Part shown: positions 52,401 through 61,827 of the stretch, piece after piece | How positions within the stretch are numbered: position 1 is the first letter of the stretch | Layout of the letters: each line of letters begins with the position of its first letter | Assembly (NCBI GenBank): GCA_012295275.1 | Contig: CM022677.1 | Coordinates: 20,336,001-20,400,000 of the forward strand | Direction: 5' to 3' | Length of the DNA stretch: 64,000 nucleotides | Source of the DNA: Chrysomallon squamiferum | Lineage: Eukaryota > Animalia > Mollusca | Notes under the pieces: model-generated | The model's database searches: none | What the model saw: only the letters and a program-made list of their open reading frames with translations | What the model was told of the DNA's origin: nothing | Program-made: the position numbers and the translations under genes

Positions 52401-53721
52401 TACTAGGAACAATTATATAACAGTGTAATTTTAATAGTTTTAATACTAGGAACAATTATATAACAGTGTAATTTTAATAGTTTTAATACTTGGGAACAAT
52501 GTAATTGTAATAGTTTTAATACTAGGAACAATTATGTAACAGTGTAATTGTAATAGTTTTAATACTTGGAACAATTATGTAACAATGTAATTGTAATAGT
52601 TTTAATACTAGGAACAATTATGTAACAGTGTAATTGTAATAGTTTTAATACTTGGAACAATTATGTAACAATGTAATTTTAATAGTTTTAATACTAGGAA
52701 CAATTATGTAACAGTGTAATTTTACTAGTTTTAATACTAGGAACAGTTATATAACAATGTAGTTTTGATACTACAAGCAATTGGACAGCAATGTAACTTT
52801 AATAATTTTGATACTGTGAACAGTTTGATGTGCTTCCAGCTTTGCATATTAAATTAAACTGGCACCTACCAAGATTGAAACTGTAACAAACAGACTGGGT
52901 GATGCCTCTTGCTAGCTAGTACAAGGCTTTTTTGTTTTTAAACTTCTTATTGATAATTATTATAATGAGTAAACAGTTGCACAGCTGCAAAACATGACAA
53001 GTGTGAAACATGTCCATAGACAGAATCACCTTCTGTCCTTAACCCTTTAAATCATATCAGTGAATATATCCACTCCAAATTTTATTACCAGTAACTGTGG
53101 GAAGCAGATTTTCCCCATAGTCTTAAAAGAAAAAAAACCCAACAACTTCCTGGTAAGCTGTGAAAAAGTAGCCCCTCTCCCCTCAGAGGCTCCTCCCATA
53201 GGTCATACTGGTGGCCATTTTGAACTTAGCTTACTTTCAGTGACCAGTTTTGTTTCTGAAATTGGTGTGGATGATTAGAGTGACCTCCCCTTATTCAGAA
53301 GCATGAATGAAAATTTCTGCTGCAGTTTGTTGTGGGTCAGTGAAAATGTTACTAGTCCAGTAGATCTTTCTGTGTCAGGTCCATTAAATTTGTGTGTAAA
53401 ACTGAGGATTTACTGCATATTATTACAGTATTAGTCAGGTTCAGTTATTTGACTCTTGTATTAATTATCAGTCACTAGTAGTAGCAGTAGTGGAAGTGGC
53501 AGAAGCACTAGTAGCACTAGTAGTGGTGTGTAATAGTAGTAGTAGTAGTAAAGGTAGTAGTAATAGTGTGAATTTTGTCTACACACACTAATAAAAAGTA
53601 TTATTTTTAATTCAGGAACTTGTGTTGTGAGATGTCAGCACAATGGCGTACACAATTCACTCTGTACTGGCTGCATTGAATGCTCTGGCCAGTATGGTGG
53701 AACCTACTGTGGTAAAAACAT

Positions 53722-53781
<60 letters not shown>

Positions 53782-54127
53782 ACTATATGTTCTGCATGTA
53801 TACTACATGTTTAGGGAAGTATATGGGAACCTTTGTAGTAAACACATTGTAGATTTACATGTGTGTATGAGTGTATGTATTTTATATTTATCTATCTATC
53901 TATCTATCTATATCTATCTATCTATGTATGTATGTATGTATGTATGTATTGCACTAACTGTAGTGCATGGTTTGGGAAGTATGTTTTGTCTGCATATTTG
54001 TGTGTGTGCATATTTATGTGTGTTTGTGTATGTCTTTTTTTTTTTCTTTTTTATATTTTAAATATTACTAAATTTTACTCTATTTATCATTCATTTATTT
54101 GTATACACACACACAAACACAACAAAA

Positions 54128-54172
<45 letters not shown>

Positions 54173-55664
54173 TTTGTGTGTGTATGTTTTAATAAACTGG
54201 TTATTTATTTTGTTCAGAGACATGTACTTTGAAATGTATGCATGGTGGTATAGCTAATGTGTACTGCACCAGCTGTATTCAGTGCAGTGGTCTCTGGTCT
54301 GGAAATCTTTGTGGTAAAAATGTTTTCATAAATTTACTATTTACTGTTTGTTTATTTATTTATTTATTAAATGGTTATAGTTGCTTCTTTGTTATTGTTA
54401 TTATTATTATTTTTTTTATTATCATTTTAATATTATTATTTATTTATTATTATTATTTTTTTTTAATTATACATTTTTTCTTTTTTTTTGGTACATATAC
54501 TGAATCCTTTATCTATTCAAGATTGTGACTTGAGATGGTCTGCATATTTGGCTTTGCCAGATTTCTGGATGCTTACCTTAAATACAAAAAAAAAAAGTAA
54601 AGGTAGAAAACTAAGCATGAAACTGTTTCTAATGATAGAAATCAATACACTGCTAAAGCAGCTTCTAACTGATCTTTATTAATTCACTCACACTGATAAA
54701 ATGTTATCCACTGTGTGCAGCATAGTTGCCATTAGCAAGCTGCATATATGCCAGTCATTTGGACACCAGAGTTAAAAATGACAGTAAACACATAATAAGT
54801 TAAAGGGAGAGCATCACCTGCACACAGTCAAAATTCTCACTTATACTGGTGTCATGGAAACCAGAAACTAAAATTACCAAATTTGAAAGTATCCAGTGAC
54901 AAGAATAGGAGATTTATTCTTTTGTGCTTCTGAAAATCAGATAAATGATTCAGCATCTATATTATTAGTTTATCATTTAACAGTATTTATTTGTTACCTG
55001 AAGTATAGCTATAAAATACGAAGTCATATATCAATCAATTTATTATTTAACAATATTTGTTTTGGTTACTTGAAGTATAACTGATAACTGTAAAATATAA
55101 AGTCACATATATTAATCAATTTATTTATTTGCTACTTGAAGTATAACTGATAACTGTAAAATTTAAAGACACATATATTAATAAAAATATTTATTTGCAC
55201 TTGAAGTATAATTTAACATATTTTACTGAAATTTATTACTCAATAAAAAACACAAAACAGTACATCTATTCTGGTTATGTATAACTGTTTTCAGAATCAT
55301 TGCTTTTTACTGAACACATTACTCAATAAATTTAAAAGATTCACACTTCACTTTTTTTTCAATAAAGCAACACTATGGATCTTGTTGTAACAGTCATTGG
55401 ATCTGATGTGAATGTTACGTTTGGGTGCAGTGTTCGTCATGTTTACATTGTTTTCTTTATTTTAGAAACTTGCGGAGTCAGATGTCAACATGGAGGAAGA
55501 GTTAATTCACAGTGTACAGGGTGTACTGGATGTCCTGGGAAATGGGGTGGCAGCATGTGTGGTAAAATCCCATATATATATACATACATACATACATACG
55601 TACGTACGTACATACATATGTACATACATATACACATATACATACATACATACATATACATACA

Positions 55665-55698
<34 letters not shown>

Positions 55699-56347
55699 CA
55701 TACATACATACATATACATACATACATACATACACACATACATACATACATACATACATACATACATACATACATACATACATACATACACACATACATA
55801 CATACATACATACACACATACATACATGCATACATACATACACACATACATACATACACACACACATACATACACACATACATACATGCATACATACATA
55901 CACACATACACACACACACATACATACATACATACATACATACAAACATACATACACATACATACATACATACATACATTCATACATACAAAAAACATAC
56001 ATACATACGTATTTATATATACACAAATACACTCATACATTCATGCATACAAACAAAAAATAATACATACACATATATATATATATACATACATAATACA
56101 TACATAATATATACATAATACATACATAGATACATTCATACATACATACACACACACACACATATACTTACATACATACATCCACCATACAAACACATTT
56201 AGACACATCCATCCATACATCCATTAATATATATATACATAAATAATTACATACATATTGATATGTACCCATACACTCAGACACATAAACACATACAGTC
56301 GATAAAGAAAGACACACATACACACATCGACCATACACACACATATG

Positions 56348-56394
<47 letters not shown>

Positions 56395-57283
56395 TTGAGT
56401 GTGTGTTCAATTTTACTAATAAATGGTTTGTCTACTTCAGAGCGGTGTACTTTGAACTGTAAAAATGGTGGCAGACCTAATTCTCAATGCACTGAGTGTA
56501 CTCACTGTTCTGGAAAATGGGGTGGAATCCTGTGTGGTAAATAGAGATACATATTTTTGTTTTAATTTAAAATATTTGTTACTAGATGTCATTCTTATTT
56601 AATTCTTTGATTAACTGGTTCTTCTTATAAATACGTGTGCAGGTGTTTGTGTGTGTGTGTGTGTGTGAGAAAGAGTTTTTGAGAAACAGTTTGCTTGTGG
56701 TTATGTGCATATCTGTCTCACTGTCTGTTTATCAGCCTATTTATCTGTCATATATACATGATTTGTCTATGTCTGTATGTCTGTTTGAGTAGGGAAGTGT
56801 GTATTTGTGTGTAGTTATAAGGTGCATATGTGTGTACCTGTTTAATGAGTGTACATGTGCATTTTTGTGTCTATCTGTATGTATGTATGTATATATGTAT
56901 ATAAGTGGGTTTTGTGTATGTGTGTATACAGTGACACACACACACAGACACGAGTGTGTGTCAGTGTCTGCAAAACATCGGCTAAATGTTCAGTAATTAA
57001 CACTGTGTTTGTTTTATTCAGAAGTTAAAACTGTGTTTGTTCTATTCAGTAATTAACACTGTGTTTGTTTTATTCAGAAGTTAAAACTGTGTTTGTTCTA
57101 TTCAGTAATTAACACTGTGTTTGTTATATTCAGTAATTAACACTGTGTTTGTTCTATTCAGATGCCTGTAATCTGAGGTGTCCTCAAGGAGCTAATGCTG
57201 ATTACACCTGTACTAAATGTAGTAACTGTCCTGGCAAGTGGGGTGGCAGATTATGTGGTAAGAAAAAGACATCAACTCTGTCT

Positions 57284-57326
<43 letters not shown>

Positions 57327-57738
57327 TGTGAATACATAATCATTCACTGTCATCGTGACTGTCACTTGGTCATCGTGACTGTCACTTGGTCATCATGATC
57401 ATTTAGTTTTGTCATCATCAGCACTTCATCAGCACAAAAACCATTCATTATCATGACCATTCACTATGAGTGTCGGTGTCATTTGATCATCATGATGATT
57501 AAGAATGATCATCACGTCATGAGTGCAGATGTGAATGTGTAAAATGTTCTGACAAAATTTAAAACAGGTTCATTTCATTGTCATACTTTGTTATGGTTGA
57601 TGTTAGGTGGACCAAAACAATTAGACACACACTTTAAAATTATCCCAATGACATCTTAATTTTTTTGAAGGGCCAAAAATATCGCAAGTGAATGAATACA
57701 TTTTGCAAATCTACAATCATTATTAACAGACATTTAAT

Positions 57739-57770
<32 letters not shown>

Positions 57771-58634
57771 TTAATACTAATTATTATTCCCACATACATA
57801 TGGGGGGTGTCTGAATAAAATTTATATACGTATGTGTAAATGAAGATGCTTATTAATGAATACATTTTTATTTAGATACTTGTACTCTGCAGTGTCTACA
57901 TCAAGGAACACCTGATTCTAAATGTCAAAGGTGTGGTGGATGTTCTGGTAAATGGAGTGGACTTGTATGTGGTAAAGTTACCTTTAAAATCTACATGTTA
58001 ATGTGTGCCTGCGTGTGTGTGTGTGTGTGTGTATGTGTGTGTGTGTTTATATGTGCATTTATATATGCATCCATTTATATTAGTACTCTGTGTATGTATG
58101 TCATTTATATATGTCTGTGTATATATATATACTTTATAAAGACATAGATTAATGAAAACATAATTTATTTTTATTTAGAGGTTTGCTCTTTGGTATGCCA
58201 CCATGGAGGAATGCCTAATTCTGCATGTACTAAATGCATCTCATGTTCAGGGAAATGGAGTGGAAACCAGTGTGGTAAAAACACAGCAACAAGACACACA
58301 TATGCACACACACATACACACATAACTGCAGACGCTTAAGTACATATACACACATTCATGCATATACAGAGTATGTATTCACATACCCACAAAAATAAAA
58401 TGCTAAATTTACAAAAGACAAATAATGTCATGGTTTATAGGAAGAATTGATTACAGTTGGTTACTGAGCAATCTGCAGTGTGGGGAGGTGGGTGCCATAT
58501 GTTCAAGTCTTGACAGAGACATCTTGCGTTTGTGACATTGTGACTGGAATTTTTCATTCTGTGACTGTGTGCTTCTAAATGTTGTCTGTGCAGTCTAATC
58601 AGACATAGATCTGATAATGGAATAAACAATTCTG

Positions 58635-58681
<47 letters not shown>

Positions 58682-60768
58682 TAATAGTATTTATTCACAT
58701 CTACAATACATTATTATTTATTCACATTCAATAGTTCATTAATATTATATATTCGCAAACTGTAATAAATTAATATTATTTATTACCATACTTTAATGCA
58801 TTAGAACTGTAGTGCATCAAAATTATTTATTAACATACTATAAAACATTAATATAATTGATTAACAGTATTTTTTTATTCTCATACTTTGTAACACTTAT
58901 ATTATTTACTCACATGCTATAAAACATTGATGTTATTCAGATGTTTGTGGTCTGTCTTGTCTTCATGGTGGTTCTGCTAATGATTTTTGTACTCAATGCA
59001 TTGGATGCAATGCGAACTGGATTGGTGAAAGATGTGGTAAAGTATTGAATAATCTTTTCACTTTCAGTGAAATTCTTCAACACACTATTTAATTTTTGAG
59101 CCATCAGTGCCATTTGTTATCTGTTAGCCAATAATTTAGTATTAGTTTGCCTTCACAAAATATTTTAGTATTAATTTGCCTTCAGACAATATTCAAGTTA
59201 TTTACCCTGTTCAGTATTATGATCATTCAATAATCATCATGATCATTTAGTATAATCATCACTGTCACATAATCATGATCATTCAGTTATCATTCTGATC
59301 ATTCAGAATCAGCACCATTGTCAGGTAATCATCATAACTAGTTTTCTGTTCTTATTTAAGTCAACATGTTTTGTTGGGCTATCTGTACTTTTTGTATCAG
59401 CATATTCTTTGTGATATCATCAACTTATTCTGTATTCATCATGTCAAAATTTTCTTTGTTCATTATATCATCATTTTGATGTCAACATTATTTGTGCTGT
59501 CAATATTTATGTTTTTACTCTGTCAACATTTTCTCTATTCTTATTGTTGTCAACATCATCTTTGGGATAAGCATGTTGTCTGTTCCTTGTGGTGTCAACA
59601 TGTTTGTTTGTTGTGATATCAACATGTTCTAAAGTGATTTTCGTAGTGATGTCATCATGTTATTTTTAGATATCAATGTGATTTTTCTTCTTGGTGATAT
59701 GTTATTGTGATGTTGACATGTTGTTTGTCGACAGTAGTGTGTGTGTGTCTACATTAATGGAGAGAATTTGTTCTATTCAGAAACATGTGGTCTGCAGTGT
59801 CTACATGGTGCATCTCCTGATACCTCCTGTAGACGGTGTTCAAACTGTCCTGAGAATTGGACAGGAACTAAGTGTGGTAAAATAGTTCATAGACATGTTT
59901 ATATTTTTATCTATTTTTATTGTTTAATTAATTTACAGTAGAAAAAAAAAAAAAAAAAAATCAATTTTGAGAAGATATTTTTGCTTGTATTTTGTTGTAT
60001 TTCATTGTATTTATTTATTGTGAAAAACTGTTTATTTATTTATTTTGTTATTTATTTATTTATTTATTTATTTATTATTTTATTTTTATTTTTTTATTTT
60101 TTTGTTTATTTTTATTTTTTGTGAAATATAGGCATGTTATTTACTGCATCTTTGTATTCTGTTATATTTTTAATTGTATTTATTTATTGTTAAATATCAT
60201 GTTATTGACTTGTATTTATATATTTGTGGCCAGAGATACATAACAATTGACCAGTATGATCAAATGGTTTCACTAAGTTTGAATTCTATTTACTTATTTT
60301 TATTTCATGCTTATTTTGGTGAAAACAATATGAATGATAAGCATATTGTATACTTGTAAAGATTTTTGTGTTATTATTTATTTATTGTTTTTAAATTTAA
60401 ATTTATTTTATTTTATTTGTAGCTCTGATATCAACAGACACAAGAAGCATTTAAAAAAAAAACCCCCAAAAAACAACAAAACAAGTGCAAAGTCATCACA
60501 CTTTTGTTTTAATGTGTATGTCATTTGTGTGTATGTATTTGTGTATGAATGATTATTATCATTATAATCATCATTGTGTTTGTATATGTGTATTTCATAT
60601 GTGTGTGTATTTGTGTGTGTCACTCTGTATATGCGTTTGTGAGAGAGAGAGAGAGAGAGAGAGAGAGTGTGGTTCAGTGAATGTTTAACTGTTTGTCTCA
60701 TCTTGTCTGCATATTAAAACCAGTGCACTGATATCATATTGTTATTGAAATACATGTGTATGTGTGTA

Positions 60769-60826
<58 letters not shown>

Positions 60827-61120
60827 CATGCGTGTTCTGGAGAGAAAGATAGAAATAACGACATGATTTAATAATGAAATTCTCGATTGTTAGTCTGATC
60901 GTATCACTGCATATTAAAACCAGTACAGAGTCATTACACTTTTTGTAACAATCCGTTTCTTGTAATCATTTTGTGAAATGTTTCAAAATGAAGAACCTGT
61001 GATGCTATGAACTGCTAGTCTGAAAATACTTACATCCAAATGATTGTTTTATTATTTTTATTTTTCACCTTTCAGTACATTTTGAAATTACCAGTTATTC
61101 TCACCTGTTTTATTTTTCTC

Positions 61121-61156
<36 letters not shown>

Positions 61157-61796
61157 CTCATTTTCTTTCAGATGTATGTTCTTTGAATTGTCAACATGGA
61201 GGAAAGAGTAATTCTGCTTGCACTTCATGTGAGGGTTGCCATGGAGCTTGGGGAGGAAAATTATGTGGTAAAATAAAAAAAAAAAAAAAAAAAAAAATTA
61301 ATGTATTTTAACTAACTCCATATCTGCATCTAGCTTGTGCACTTTTTTTCATTGCTGTTCACAAAATTTGTTTCAAAGCCAGTGCTTCTACACTGGTGCT
61401 AAAAAGAAAAGAAAGAAAAAGACAGTGTTTTCCATCAGACAAACCAGTATTATCAGTATAGATTAAAATCTTGTGTGAAATTAATCATTATTCCCTACCT
61501 CAGGAATGCACTCGGAAAGCTCTGACGTATGTAACAGCTCTTCTGTGATTGGATAATAATTAAACTTTGTCTGCTGATGGACCAATGACAAGTCATGTTA
61601 CAGCAAGCAACTTGTCACAGTGCCATCCAGATTCTTTTTTGAACTGAGGTCTCATTAATGTTAGCATGGGGATGATGGTGTTACTGTTGTTAGCAGAGAT
61701 GTTGGGTGTAGGTGTAGAAATGTATGTCCTTGGTATTAACAATAAAGATAGCTGGAAACATTCTGAATAAAAATAAATAAACAGATAAATAAAATA

Positions 61797-61827
<31 letters not shown>

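Noticed and set aside
55375-56118. Long ORFs (up to 247 aa) on both strands
   Set aside because: Translations of (CATA)n; only the 96-nt exon 55466-55561 is coding
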